DNA of 64,000 bases, taken from positions 186,001 to 250,000 of the forward strand of contig NIVC01001651.1 of the NCBI GenBank assembly GCA_002269645.1, read 5' to 3'. The notes under the pieces were generated by a model, which saw only the letters and a list, made by a program, of their open reading frames with translations, was not told the DNA's origin and ran no database searches. The translations under genes were made by a program, and so were the position numbers. Below, piece by piece: positions 45,717 to 59,210 of this stretch. The stretch comes from Macrostomum lignano (Eukaryota). How positions within the stretch are numbered: position 1 is the stretch's first letter; each line of letters opens with the position of its first letter.

Positions 45717-46614
45717 ATGAAAAGTAATTTAATTTTACTTTTTCTGGGCTTATTGTTTATTTACGGTGAATGTCAGCAGAAAGTTCTTCTCTCTAGCGTG
45801 CAATCAATAACACTCCACAGTGAAAAGTTTACCACAGCGCGGAGAGGATCGCCAATACCTCAACTTCGTTGCATTCCAACTGTTATACCTTGTAAATCTC
45901 TTCCAAGCACAGTGCAATGTTACAATAAAGGAACGGATGGACTAGACGTGCAGTGGAAATGCGAGGCTCAATTGCCAAAAAGTGTTCAGTTCGACACAAT
46001 ACAGGTAAGCTAAATAGTTTTTAGATGCTACAGTTTATGTTTAAGAATAATGACAGAGTAACATTGCATTGCAGGTCAGCTGTGAAGGCTACGATCACCC
46101 ATCTGATCCCTACATTCTTGCTGGCTCTTGCGGTTTGACGTTCTCACTGAAGCCAACTGGAATTCATCATCACAAGCATAGTCATCATGGACATCACCAC
46201 CATCATCAGCACAACGCGCACTATGAAGTGCACACTGTGCGAAGTAGTGCCACGGTGCCAATTATTTCCGGCATACTATTGGTAGTTGTGCTGATTGGCC
46301 TAGTGTTACTAGCCTACAGAATTTGTCCCTGCCATCCGACGCATCCGACAATGCTTAGCGACACTCCGCCGACCTATTATTGTCGAACTCAGTACAAACC
46401 GCTGGTCGATGAGTGCAGCGGCGGCCACAACGGTCCTGGTTTTTGGACTGGAGCGGCAATTGGCGGCGCTGCTGGATACCTGGTTGGCAGCTCGGGCCCG
46501 ACGGTGGCTGATACGACAGTTGTCCAGACATGCGTGATATCATCTGACGATGATTCCTGCGATGAAGACGAAGTCGTAACATCGGCCGGCTACGCGTCGA
46601 CCTGGAGACGATAG
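45717..46614 (+). CDS. SARAF: Store-operated calcium entry-associated regulatory factor (TMEM66); exons 45717-46004 and 46075-46614, 275 aa
   Basis: Signal peptide; VLL..V.SITLH....TT.RR.SPIPQL.C; QC.NKG.DG.DVQW.C; VSCEGY...DPYIL.GSCGL; a transmembrane helix; GPGFWTG. The 70-nt GT-AG intron is phase 0 and the frame is intact. Confidence 0.92.
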
Positions 46615-47109
46615 TTTTTTTAACTTCAGCAAAGTTTTTAACACTCGGGCGTTGACAAGCAATACGTTTCAAAGCCAAGTTTATTGTGTTCGCAAAAATA
46701 TTTAAAACGCTGAATCTTTCGGCTTGATTCTATTTCAATACTTTTACACGTAAAAAGATTCTGCTCATTTAAATGTAATTTGACCTCCCGTATTCCCCAT
46801 CGTCTTTTACTCTCAAATGCTTCGCTGAATCTTGTCCATTTTAGAATATTTAATTTCAGTATATTGGATTACGGATTGCTGCAGCTTCAAAAATACATGA
46901 CTGCATGTACATGTACATTCTCATATGTTTTTATAAGTATTGCATCTTTAAATATAAATCGTTATAGTAATTGTGCATGCCTGCACTCTGGTAGGTTGTT
47001 TATTTTTCAATCTGTCCAATCAGTTATTTAAACCAAAAACTCATGGTTTACACTGCTATTGTATCATTGTATCATTTCTCACTGAAAATTGGGATAGAAA
47101 TGACATCGG

Positions 47110-47735
47110 GGGAAATTTCTGAGATTTCAAGGCTCACCCAGGGAGGGGGGGTAATAGCTGAAATATGTCATTGCTTACGGGGATATTTCTGAGATCTCAA
47201 GGCTTACTGGGGGAATTTCTGAGATCTCAAGGCCTACTGGGGGAATTTCTGAGATCTCAAGTCTCACAGGGGAAAATCGCTGAAATATCATTGCTTACGG
47301 GGATATTTCTGAGATCTCGAAGCTTACTGGGGAAATTTCTGAGATCTTAAGGCTTACTGGGGGAATTTCTGAGATCTCAAGGCTTATTGGGGCATTGCTG
47401 AGATGTCAAGGCTCACGGGGAATAGCTGAAAAGTCATGGCTTACATGTATGAGGGAATTGCTGGAAATGTCAAGGCTCACGGGGAATAGCTGAAAAGTCA
47501 TGGCTTACATGTATGAGGGAATTGCTGGAGATGTCAAGGCTCACGGGGAATAGCTGAAAAGTCATGGCTTACATGTATGAGGGAATTGCTGGAGATGTCA
47601 AGGCTCACGGGGAATAGCTGAAAAGTCATGGCTTACATGTATGAGGGAATTGCTGGAGATGTCAAGGCTCACGGGGAATAGCTGAAAAGTCATGACTTAC
47701 ATGTATGAAGGAATTGCTGAGATGTCAAGGCTGAG
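47110..47735. repeat. Compound satellite: ~30-bp units (47110-47395) then 64-bp units (~5 copies)
   Basis: CTGAGATCTCAAGGCTTACTGGGGGAATTT repeats grade into GAGATGTCAAGGCTCACGGGGAATAGCTG... with period 64. Confidence 0.9.
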
Positions 47736-48593
47736 GTCAGAAGCTAATTTGTAGTTTATTCAAAAAATTGTATTCCATTTTTTGTTTTTGGCTCCCCTAA
47801 AAGGGAGGGCGCTGATTGGCATTGCTAGTTTCTCACTGAAAATTGGGATGGCTGAGTTGACCAATGGTTTGGGGTACTCAATATTCAACGCTGCTGTAGT
47901 GTATGACGTATGAGTGAATTTCTTGCCATAGTTTTGCTTTCATCAGATTGGTCCAGTGTTTTCGTTTTGTTATTTCTTAGTGGTTTTATACAATGCATTT
48001 CTCTATTCTATAATTTTGAAACCACTTTTCAAGAAACAAAACTGGTTGACTCAGAGAGAGAAGTCTAAGCTGCTGTTACTCGCATGTTGCAACCGGGGAC
48101 AGATATTAGACCGCTTTAAACCGGTAGTGGAAGCGATATTAACTCAACGTCTATTATCAAGAACTATCGGATCGATAAAAATGAGTTTCTCACCATTGCG
48201 CATGGCAGGAATATCAGGAACACTGCGCATGTGAATTTTGAGCGCGCGCAAGTCCACCGGGTTCCTCACTTCACTGTCAAAAAGTTGGACTGACTATCGA
48301 TTTATTCATATCTTCACTGTACCGCCAGATCGTCAACGTGCTGCATGCTTCGTAAAACAGTGTACATGTAGATTCTTTAACACTGCTCTGCTCGGCTCTC
48401 GGGCAGAGAAGTGGAGTGTAAAGCATTTAATAATAGTAAGAAAGAAAACATCTGCCCTCGCTTTTAAATACATTATACAATTTAGACCACTAATTCAGTG
48501 TGAATTACCAATACTGTGACCAGTACTAATAGTAGCGTCTTGTGCTCGTAACTCTCACGTTGTCATGCGGCACAGAAGTACAGTAAATCGATC

Positions 48594-48855
48594 AGCGACC
48601 CTCCCCAGTCAATAAAGCCAACCACCCTCCACAGTCAATAAAGCCAACCACCCCTCCCCAGTCGATAGAGCCAACCACCCTCCACAGTCAATAAAGCTAA
48701 CCACCCCTCCCCAGTCGATAGAGCCAACCACCCTCCACAGTCAATAAAGCCAACCACCCCTCCCCAGTCGATAGAGCCAACCACCCTCCACAGTCAATAA
48801 AGCCAACCACCCCTCCTCAGTCGATAAAAGCGGTCGATAAAGCCAGCCACCCCTA
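48594..48855. repeat. 26/27-bp alternating minisatellite
   Basis: CAGTC(A/G)ATA(A/G)AGCCAACCACCC(C)TCC repeats. Confidence 0.9.
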
Positions 48856-49375
48856 CTTATCTACCTTCAGAGTTTAAAATCCTTCAACCCTTTAGCTCGT
48901 AATAAATCTAACCACCTCCTACCTAATCACCCTTAATCGGTGAAAAAACAAGCCATTTCGCAGATTCCAGCAATCTATTACTAGATCAAAGAAATTTCTG
49001 GTTTCCAATTTATCTAGCCTTTGGTCTCATCTGAATGATAAGATTTTTCTTGGGACGATTATTGCAATTTTCTCTTATAGTTTTCTTTTACAATAATGTG
49101 CAAACCAACCCCTCTCCGCCTTAACCATCAAACCAACCCACCTCACGCACTCCTCTCTGCCTTAACCATCAAACCAACCACCTCACGTAACCCTCTCCGC
49201 CTTTACCATCAAACCAACCACCTCACGTACCCCTCTCTGCCTTAACCATCAAACCAAACATTTCACGCACCTCTAAACGTCCCAATATACTTTAAGGCCC
49301 GAAGTCTGCGTACCGCACATGTCTATTCAAGACCAATTTAAAAAAATACAAGACGAAACCTTCCTTCAACTCCAG

Positions 49376-50187
49376 CGATGGAAAAATTTCCAAGGCGGAG
49401 ATGCAAGCCTACTTCACTCGGATAGACTCGCAAGCGCTCAAGATGAGCTTTAGCCACAATTTCCACGTGAACACGTACTTCCGGCCAACTTTCTGCGACA
49501 GATGCTCCGGCCTGTTGTGGGGCATCCGACGACAGGGCTGGAAGTGCCGAGACTGCGGCATCAGCGTGCACAAGCACTGCAAAGACGCTGTTGTCGTTGA
49601 GTGCCGGGGCCACGGCACGAGGCACGGTTCCTTGGCTGATGGTAAGTGGCGAGGCTGCTGTGAGCCGATTGGGTCCAAATTTATCAACAATACAACAGCG
49701 ACAGAATACGCTGCCAGTAGGTCTTAAAATATAAATGACGTCCCTCGCGACTAAAGCGGTCCTCCAAGATTCGTCGCGAGTTTAAATGTCACTTTTTTGG
49801 ACGCAAATTATTGATAAGTAAACAAACGCTTCAGGCTCGAATTCTGGCAGCAACGGCAGATCGATTTCCAATTCGGCCTCCGCCTCCGGCGGTTCCGCTT
49901 CATCAGCTTCACCATCTCCGTCATCGCAGCGGGCCGACAGGGTGAAAGAAAGTCAAACTGAGCCGGACAGCCTGGTGACTGAAGCGGTAAGAGTTGCTCA
50001 GGCTCAGGAGAGCTCCCGGCTGCAGCAGGAGGCCATGGAGCTGCGTGAAACTGTAGCTAGACAGTCTGCGCTTCGCCAATATATCAGCGACCCCCAGCTT
50101 CATTGTGCAGCAGAGCAAGACACTCGGGTTGCCATTGGACACGGAGATCTGAGTCTTGGGAGCCGATGCGAAATCACGAGCCTCTGA
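49376..50187 (+). CDS. 3' exons (49376-49641 and 49835-50187) of a RasGRP-like gene: end of EF-hand 2, C1 domain and coiled-coil tail
   Basis: DGKISKAEMQAYF...HNFHVNTYFRPTFCDRCSGLLWGIRRQGWKCRDCGISVHKHCKDAVVVEC closely parallels the RasGRP EF-hand/C1 junction. The splice sites are in consistent phase. Confidence 0.8.
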
Positions 50188-50414
50188 GACACAGAGTCTG
50201 ACTGATATCTGCATCAATTTCGATCAGTGCACATTAGTTTAGCTAGAATAGTTTGTCAGCACTAATAGATCTTGATGTTCGTCTGTGCTAGATTAGTTAG
50301 CTAGTGTTGTGCCTGTAAATATACGTTGTAGAGTATCTATGTTGTGTCAGTATTTATAGATCAACTACTAGCTATTATTGTCTCAGTTTATATATAATAA
50401 ATACTGAAGCTTGA

Positions 50415-50745
50415 TAGATTAGATAGATCAGATACGAGTACACTTTAGAACAGATATATCAGATAGATCAGATAGATCAGATAGAACAGATAGATTAGAT
50501 GGATCAGAAAGATCAGATAGATAATATATATCGGATAGATCAGATAGATTAGATAGATCAGATACAAATGTAGATCAGATAGATCAGATAGATCGGATAG
50601 ATCAGATAGATCAGATAGATCGGATAGATCAGATAGATCAGATAGATCGGATAGATCAGATAGATCGGATAGATCAGATAGATCAGATAGAACAGATAGA
50701 TCGGATAGAACAGATAGATCAATTATATCAGATAGAACCGATAAA
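50415..50745. repeat. Degenerate GATAGATCA (9-bp) repeat
   Basis: Direct reading of the sequence. Confidence 0.9.
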
Positions 50746-51235
50746 ACAAATAAATTGATAATAAAATTCGATCATAAGTTCCATAGATGGATAGACTGGA
50801 CACAAAACTGTTAATCTCGCACAGATATTATAAATACGCTCGTATTAAAGATGTAACGAACTTGTTTAAGATCCAATTTTATTCATAAGTACTAATCTGA
50901 CTAATTAGCACAATTAAAATAATTGTCACGCGGATAATCGTTGCTCTTGTTGAGGTCAGAGGTCTGACATTGTTGCGGGATGGTGATAGAACTACGTATC
51001 GTGCAGTTAACGGTCGATTTTCAGATGCTTAGAAGCAAAAAACGCAAAATATACTACTATCTGAAAATGAGGTAAGTAGTATATGAAAAAGCTATCCTAA
51101 GCGTGATATATGTATTTCATAGCATACTTCTATACTCGTATGTACTCGTATATGTACATTAATCCCATGTACTTTTATATGTAAATTAATTCCTATCTAT
51201 CCCAATTCTATATGTACATTGTCTACTTGTATATG

Positions 51236-52797
51236 TGTGGTAGGGCTCCTAGGAATTTATCGTTAATTACGCGAATAATTTATTATTATTATATTACTAA
51301 TAACTTGCGAGAGTATACTAACGTGCGCAATTAATTCACTGGAAGATCCTGCACATGCGAGAACGAATAGTTTACCGTATATGTGTGACAAGAGATCCAC
51401 CAGTTGTTTTACTGCACTGTTTCTGCGGGTATATAAATACCGCACGCACCGATTCGAATTCGGCCCCTCCCCCTCCCTTTTGCCGTGTTGACTCTTGTTC
51501 TCGTAGGCCAGACTGTGTGCTCTCAGTTTAGTATTGTCTTGTAGGATCGGCCCGGTGTGCCTGACAAAATATTAGTTCATGACTAGTTATTAGTGACTAT
51601 TGAGTCTTAGTTGAGCACTGCTCCTAGTCCTAAGTACTAAGTTAGATTAGTCAACTAAATCTTAGCTCTAACAGACTGTGTTACTACTGTCCAATTCTGT
51701 TTTTCGCGCACTCCCGAGGACCTGTCTGCTGGGGGGTAGCCTGGGTGGACTCGGTCCTAGCACCGTCCCTGATTCCACTGTTGGTTTGGCGGTGTCTTGT
51801 ACCGTAGGTTTGGGTCAACTCGCCCACCCGCGCTTTGAGCCGGGTCCAATCCCAATGCATCCATAGGGTATCTCGGGCCCTGGACAGTTAATGCCTTGGC
51901 CCCTGGTAGTGCCCCTCGCGGCAGAGCCCACCCCGGGCTGATCCGCGGGTAGCAATGCTTCCCACCCTCGTTTAACAACAACAACAGACTGTGTTGGTAA
52001 GGACACAGGAGGCCGAGCTTATCTTTGTGTTTTTGTTCATCAATTTTGTTAAGGTTAATTAGTATTTTCTGCTGGTGCGCTAGTTCCAATATTTGTTAAT
52101 TTTCGTTTAATTAGTAATTACAATTGACAATTGGCAGTGATTTAGTTATCGTTTAATCTAAGTTCTAATTCAAGTTATTCCAATCTTCTTTGATAGCGGT
52201 TTTGGCTCAGTCATTTGATCATAACTTCGATTGGTGGCAGCGATCTACCTTTCGTGACAATTAATAGTTTGGGACTGAATTATCGATACATTGGGGAACG
52301 TAACTTATCGAGAAATTATTGGCATTGCTCTATCAGACCATCTCAGGGTACCGCTCTTCGACTGGTGCAAAATAAGCAGTTTTGCCTTAGACCAATTCTC
52401 GGAAAGCTACCGAAAGTTAAAGTTATCTGGGACTCATGTCCACCCGGAAATAGAGAAACCAGTCACTCCGCTCACTAAGAGTTCGCGGACAAGAGGTCCG
52501 TCTGAGCCAGGCCAGACGCTGAGTCATCTGAGTGCTAAAGTGCGTGTGAGTCATAGTCTGCCGACAAACAAAGACCGTAGGGACCAGGAGGCCCAGAGGA
52601 AAACTATAGTTCCGCGAGCCATAGGGCCCATAGGAAATTATAGGGCACTCGCGACAGGAGGTCCGTTTGAACTCCGCGCTGGAATTAATATTCTTGGTAG
52701 ACTACTCGCCAGCAGTAGCCCAGTTAGCGTTAGTCGCAATTTCATAGTTAAAGTCATCAACCACACCGGAGTTTTAATTAAACAAAGACCCGTTACA
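51236..52797 (+). mobile_element. Probable LTR (TG...CA) followed by a primer-binding site at 52800-52818
   Basis: Ends GTTACA, then TT-TGGTAGCGACGGTGGGATT (tRNA 3'-end complement, Leu-like). There is an internal TATATAAA at ~51430. The start is approximate. Confidence 0.55.
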
Positions 52798-53149
52798 TTT
52801 GGTAGCGACGGTGGGATTTGCTAGCCAAGCCGTCAAGTTTAATCAGCAAAGCCCGTTGCATATGTACACTGCATACTTATACGAGTATATGTATTTGCGC
52901 ATTAAACCCCAATCTACTTCTATGACAATTTCTATATGTACACAATGTCTACTTCTATATATGTACATTAATCCCCAATCCGCACGACAGTCCTGCTGTA
53001 TTTGAATCACTCTATACAACAGCCAACCCCAAAAAACAAGAATATACGTACATTCCAACTCTCAGAGTAGAGGAAAATTTCTTACTCGAAACACTATAAT
53101 TGCTGCCCCAGTAGGGAATCATGCAAAAATAATGCATTTCAGGTAGCAG

Positions 53150-53640
53150 ACGTGTCAGCACTGAGTTCAAGCTTACAGCAACAGAACAGAGACACTGAGC
53201 CTGATCACAGAATGAGTGAGATGCCTAGTTGGAAAATTGCTAACTGACTACTTGCAAGTACCATTGAAGAAGGAGCAAATTGTTAAAGCTCAGACGGAAG
53301 ATACAGCAATCTGCACACTAATAGAGTGGAAGCAAGAAAATCTGTCAGTCCCGCCAATTCAGAAAAATGAGTCAGTCGAACTGAAGCAGTTGAGGCGAAA
53401 ATATGAGAAAATGAAGTTAGAGAGGAATCTGTTGACTAACCTAAGTCTTTAGATAAGCTAGTGTTTAGCGATCTGCATGATAGCCCGCTAGCAGGACATT
53501 TAGGTAGAGACAAAACAGTTCAGCGAGTTTGAGAGAGGCTTAGTAGCCGCAGTAGAAAAGCATGTGGCAGAGTGCATCCCATGCTTAGAGAGCAAAAGAG
53601 GACATAAAGTGCAAGCTCCGATTCAGTCATTTCCAACCCT
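53150..53640 (+). pseudogene. Gypsy pol remnant (region before the integrase plus H2C2 zinc-binding domain)
   Basis: LHDSPLAGHLGRDKTVQRV...VEKHVAECIPCLESK, with stops and frameshifts. Confidence 0.75.
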
Positions 53641-54575
53641 GTGAAAAAAGCCTCTGCGGTCTGACATCGGACCGGCCTCGGTTTGCCGATCCAGTCGGTA
53701 ATTGAAATATGTAACTATATTTGCGTATCGTTTACTGACAGTAGTAATTTGAAACCTTATAGGAACGCAATTTTCTAAATTTCGGTACGCTTGTGATGCG
53801 TAAAAAACATTACTGTTCCTTGTAATTAGCTGATCCAGAATATCTTTACAAGCATATAAAGTATAAATTTTAACTCAATTTAAGGTCGTTACAGCGTGGC
53901 CTGATCTATCAATACATGCGGTTTCTTTTTGAAAGTTGAAGTTAAATTTGTGGAAATTCAAAAACGATTACAAACCTAATTTATTTTAAAGAATAATTAT
54001 ATGCCATGGACGTGACGTCATTGAGCTTCAAGAACATTAAAAAGAGTACAATTTAAAGAACAAATTGGATACGGCTGTTATGTTATGGATATTCGGCAGG
54101 TCATCCGGGATATTCGGTCCTAAAGCCCTTAGCCGAAGATCCATGTCAAGGATATTCAGTTGCCGAATAACCACAGTATGGATATTCGGTTTCAAGTTTG
54201 AGCTATGGTTATTCTGCTGCAAGTTTGAGCTATGGTTATTCTGCTTCAAGTTTGAGCTATGGTTATTCGGCAACCAAAGCAGCGGGAATTTCTCCATAGA
54301 CTATTTCAAGTAGCACAATTTCGGATGGATGCCTAGCATCTTTTCTTAAGAAGATGTATTCAACATATGTTGTATGTACATATGTACATATGCATGTATT
54401 CAACGATGCGTGATTTTCTTATATTAATAGATCCTTTAAAAATAGCATCCTCTTGATTGTCTATGTCTCTATCATCAATCTCACTGTCTTACATGGAGGA
54501 GCAGCAGCAGCAGCGGAAGCACTTTTTCTTTAACATATACCGCCCCCATCTAGCTAGTAGATATGTAACTTATTA

Positions 54576-57156
54576 TTGATGTACTTTATTATGCAGAAGT
54601 GCTATATAGTTGCAGCAGCTCGATCTACAATGGACAACTCATGGTCCTTAGACGACGATGAGCTCAATGAGCTGCTTATTCAAGCTGCTGAAGAAGCAGA
54701 TCGCGAACTTGCTGCGGCGGCGACGACCAATGCTGCTGCCTCTGCTTCTGAGTCCGCTGGTGATGTCGCTGACATCAACGATGACGAACTAGATGCGCTG
54801 CTTATTCAAGCGGCCGAAGAAGCAGAAGCTGATGCCGCTAACGAGAACGATGAGTTGAGCCACCTGCACGATGCTGCTGCTAGGACACCATCAACGGTAC
54901 CGAAGAGGCGCAGCGCGGCGTCGATCTTGTTCCGTTCACCACCACCGTCGTCGCCAGTCGAGCTTGCAGAGAAACGGAAGCGGCCAACCACCCTTGTCCA
55001 AGCCTCGCGTACACCAACGCCGCCGCCATCCGTTGCGCAGTTCGGTGACGATGACAGCGACTTCATAGTGATACCAGAGACCCAGCAGGCCGCCGCTTCA
55101 TCGTCGTCGTCGTCACGCCAACCACCGCCGTCATCTTCGTCGACGCAACTGCTGCATCCGAGGCCATTGCCCAGCAGCAGCAGCAGCATCATCGTCAACA
55201 ACGGCGGAGGTGGCGGCGATGGGCCCGGCGCTGGGTTTATTCAGCCATCTGGCGGCGGTGCAGCAAAACCGGAATTGCTGAGACAGCCGCGCTTTGGCCC
55301 GTATGGGATCGGCCCGGCTACTGCCAGTCGCCGTTTAGCTATGCAGCCGTCTGTCGCCGTTGCTGCGCGGCTGCGCTCGCCGACAACGCCAACGCCATCC
55401 CGCGGGCTATTTGCAACCCAGAAGACGCCGCCGACGATGCGGATGTCGGCGCCAGCATCGCCAGCGACGATGAGGATGTCAGCGTCAGCTCAAGGGCATC
55501 CGCTGCTGAAGCGCGTAGCATCGTCGTCATCTGCTTCAGAAGCTGCTCAAGTGTCGTTGCCATATTATCCAGCAGGTACGTAGGTTGGTAGCGATGTCCA
55601 GCAATTAGATTTGTGTCATAGCTTGTGACGAATGTTTTCAATATATATATACATATCGCTGTTGCATGACCCAACTCCTCACCTGCATGATCATACAGAG
55701 ATGGAACGGCGATCGCTGGCTATGGGCTATGAAATGGCGGCCAGAGCAGTGGATGCTGCTGCCGATGGAGACACGGATGTAGCACTTTTCCACGAGGTTG
55801 GCGGCGGCGGCGGCTGCGGCGGCGGCTGTGACCAAAAATTTTTAAGCACCGCACCCGTGTAATACGACTGCGTCGTCAAAGAGCACCTGTACCACCTCGC
55901 GCCTTCTGTCACCGTTTGTGCCGTTGCATCCAGACGAGATGGTGCCAAACGACGTATATCTGGTGGCCAATAACAGCAGACGCAGTCAGCGAGAAATGTC
56001 GGTGGTACACCTGCTCTACGTGCGCAACGCGCCACAGATGAAGCTTATGCTCAACAGCGCCTGGAGCGGAGATTTCGCGACCCAGTTGGCCATTGGTGAG
56101 TGATTAATATGTTTGTTTCTACATGCAGCTATATGTAACGATTGCTTGACTCTTAAACTAATATTTATATACTCGATCCTGTAACTTAAATTTTGTAATA
56201 ATCACACAGCCGCCATAACAACGAAACAACAACAACAACTACAATAATAATGCAATATGAAGGCCTGGCAGATAACGAATTTGCGCTGACCCCCATCCAC
56301 ATGGCCGATCCGTATGCCCCGACGCCCATTTGCCCAATAGGGGGTACACGATCGATACTCATATTCATGCGGACAAATGCGCTACATTGCACTGTCGAGC
56401 TGATCGACCGGCTGCGAACAATTTTCTCCTCGGGATCCAGCGCCGATACGCTTGCCGTACACGGTTGGACCCGCGCCGAGATTCGCAGCTTTCGCTCGCC
56501 GACTGCTGAGATTCGGCGTGTGACGATGCACGATCCGACAGCTGCCGTGACCAACATTGATGACGACAGCCTGTCGCGCATCGTCTTGCTTTATCGCTGG
56601 GCAATGTCCTACCCATTAGGGACAATGCAGCCTCGCCCAGATGATCCGCATCTCGTCTGTGGGAATCCGTTGTTGCTCAAGCAGAATCTCGAATACTTTG
56701 CCAGCGTTCAAATGCTGAGACGAATTCGCGCCGAGGAGCACGGTGTGAGTTCCGTTCCCAACTGGCTTGTCCGGCCGAGCATATGCGGTGTCTGTCAGAT
56801 GCTGCCTGTCCAGTGTCTGCAGTCGTCGTCGTCGGCGGCGGCGGCGGCGGCTTCGGTAGGCAATGTGCGGAGCAACTTGGGCACGCACCGCACCGCGTTG
56901 GGTGGCAAGTGCGCCATTCAGAGGGAAATATGCGCCGCAATGCGTCAGGCGGCAGTCGGTCCGCCGTCCATTATTTACATCTGGGGTCAACGCCAAGCAC
57001 AAGGCGCACGTCCTGACCGAGTGGACAGGCCTAATCATTTTGGCCGGGCATGTTTCTCCGGTAGATTTGCCAATTGATTTCGTCCGCCGCGTCAACTCGG
57101 GCGGTCGAAGCATTCATGTGCAGCACAACATTTTCGAGTGCAGCGGCTGCGATTAG
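54576..57156 (+). CDS. Uncharacterised multi-exon gene: acidic repeat N-terminus, low-complexity linker and Cys-containing C-terminal region
   Basis: Long ORFs of 335 and 275 aa plus shorter in-between frames, with GT donors at ~55577 and ~56097. The exon structure is not fully resolved and there are apparent frameshifts. Confidence 0.45.
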
Positions 57157-58923
57157 CTAATTGATTGATTAATCGATTCCCACCTCCTCCCTCCACTGAT
57201 TGACACTTTAAGCGCGAAACTCCTACCACTTCAAATGCACTAACTAACCACATCGTACGGTGCCCATCGCAGCACCACTCAACCCCCATTCTACCTCCTA
57301 ACTATAAGAATACCAGCAAAGTTTCGCGCAGCAAAATTAAAATAAATTACCGATCCCCCTTCTCCTCCTGGTGTACAGACTAGTGGTAATTCTAGCCGGC
57401 CTGTCCACATGCATTGTAGTAGTTGTTGTAGTTGTTGTTTACAGGCTCTCCATGGTCGATGATAGAGCGGTGAATGCAGTCTAGATAGCTAGCACACGGG
57501 TAAAAATGCGTCGAGATTCTGCAGGTGCGGGCAGAACTTGTTTCTAACGCCTTTGTTTGATCTTGTTGCAGCAACGGCTAAATCAATTGGTTGATTCTGT
57601 TGATATTGTTGCTACGGCTGCTGCTGCTGTTGCTGCTAAATTGTTAGCCCTATAGTTCAAGTCGTAAAACTATGCACTATATTCTTAAAGGAAATAGTGC
57701 TTGGCACAGTACCCAAATTGTGCGACTTGAGTAGCTAGCTAGCTAAGCTAACTAACACTATCTAACTTAGCCTTTGTTGTAAATTGGCATAAAAATATTC
57801 GCAATTCCAACTTTCAGTAGCACTTTTTCGCTACGGTGCCTAGCAATATTTCCTTAAGATGTAGCTATACTAACATAAATGCTGCATGAGAGTTATGGGA
57901 ATACGCGGACAGCTAACTAGCGGCGGCAGTTCAGCTGCAGTTTCACGTACGCTCGTAATGTTGTTTAGCAATTTATTTTGTTGTTGTTCTTGCATTCGGT
58001 TACTGCGGTCTCTGATGTGCGTTTTTTATCTAGGTTTTTTACTCTAAATTAGAAACTATCTAATTCTCCATGTACTAAAATTTAATACAATAGCTAAGCT
58101 CCCCATATGTTTTTGTGACGAAATTTGTTAACACAGACAGATAGCGGATAGGCGCCTATATAAGCAAGCAAGCAAGCAACAAGCTATTTGAAATCAATCA
58201 AATTTACCGTATATTTCTATGGGAAATCAAGCCTTAGCACATCATAGCTTAGCAATGTGCTGCTAATAAATAATATGCTTAAGAAATTGTGCTTGGCACT
58301 CGTGCCAAGCACAATTTCTTATGTAATAACTTAAATAGGCTCACGCTTACAGCATTGCAGTGCTAGCTTACTTGTCGGCCGCCATTTTTCTACTTTGGCG
58401 CGTTGTTGTTTTCTTATAAATCTGTTTTTGTTGCCACTGGTCGAGTGATACCTATATTGATGTTTGCTTTTTCAGGCGTAGTTGTGCTTTGATGTCAGGA
58501 TGGGGCTAAATTCGTGTTCTCTTATACATTTGTTTTTGTTGCCAATGGTCGGGTGATATCGATGCTTGCTTTTTAAGGCGTAGTTGTGCTTTAATGTCAA
58601 GATGGGGCTCTTTTTATCAACTTTTCAATCGATCACCTACTCCAACTTTTTGAACTAAAGCCCATTAACTAAATTTCCCCTAATCTACAATATTTATCAT
58701 ATATTTTGGCATCGTTTTTTTGCCTGCATACTGGCTACTATTTAATTCATTGATTGCAGCCAATATACCATCTTTTTGCATCTTATACCATCTTATAGGC
58801 GTGGCTTGTGTTTTCCCTGTCATTTTGTCGCTTCGATGTACTTGCAGGCTAGAGAGATTTAAGACAATATCGATCTGGGCAGGGGGGGGGAGTTAACAGC
58901 TAGCATTCTTCGTATAATACGGT

Positions 58924-59210
58924 CAAAAGATGGCACTAAATGAGATGCAGTCCCCACTTATGGAGCAAGTCTTGCCTTGAAAAGTGCAACTTGTGTTCTT
59001 ATTGGCCAGTCAGCAAAGCTGTCAAAAGATGGGACTAAATGAGATGCAGTCCCCACCTATGGAGCAAGTCTTGCTTTGAAAAGTGCAGTGTGCTCTTATT
59101 GGCCAGTCAGCAAAGCTGTCAAAAGATGGGACTAAATGAGATGCAGTCTCGCCTATGAGGCAAGTCTTGAAAAGTGCAACTTGTGTTCTTATGGGCTAGT
59201 GAGCAGAGTA
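58924..59210. repeat. ~98-bp tandem repeat, 3 copies
   Basis: CAAAAGATGGGACTAAATGAGATGCAGTC... recurs at 58924, 59023 and 59120. Confidence 0.9.
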
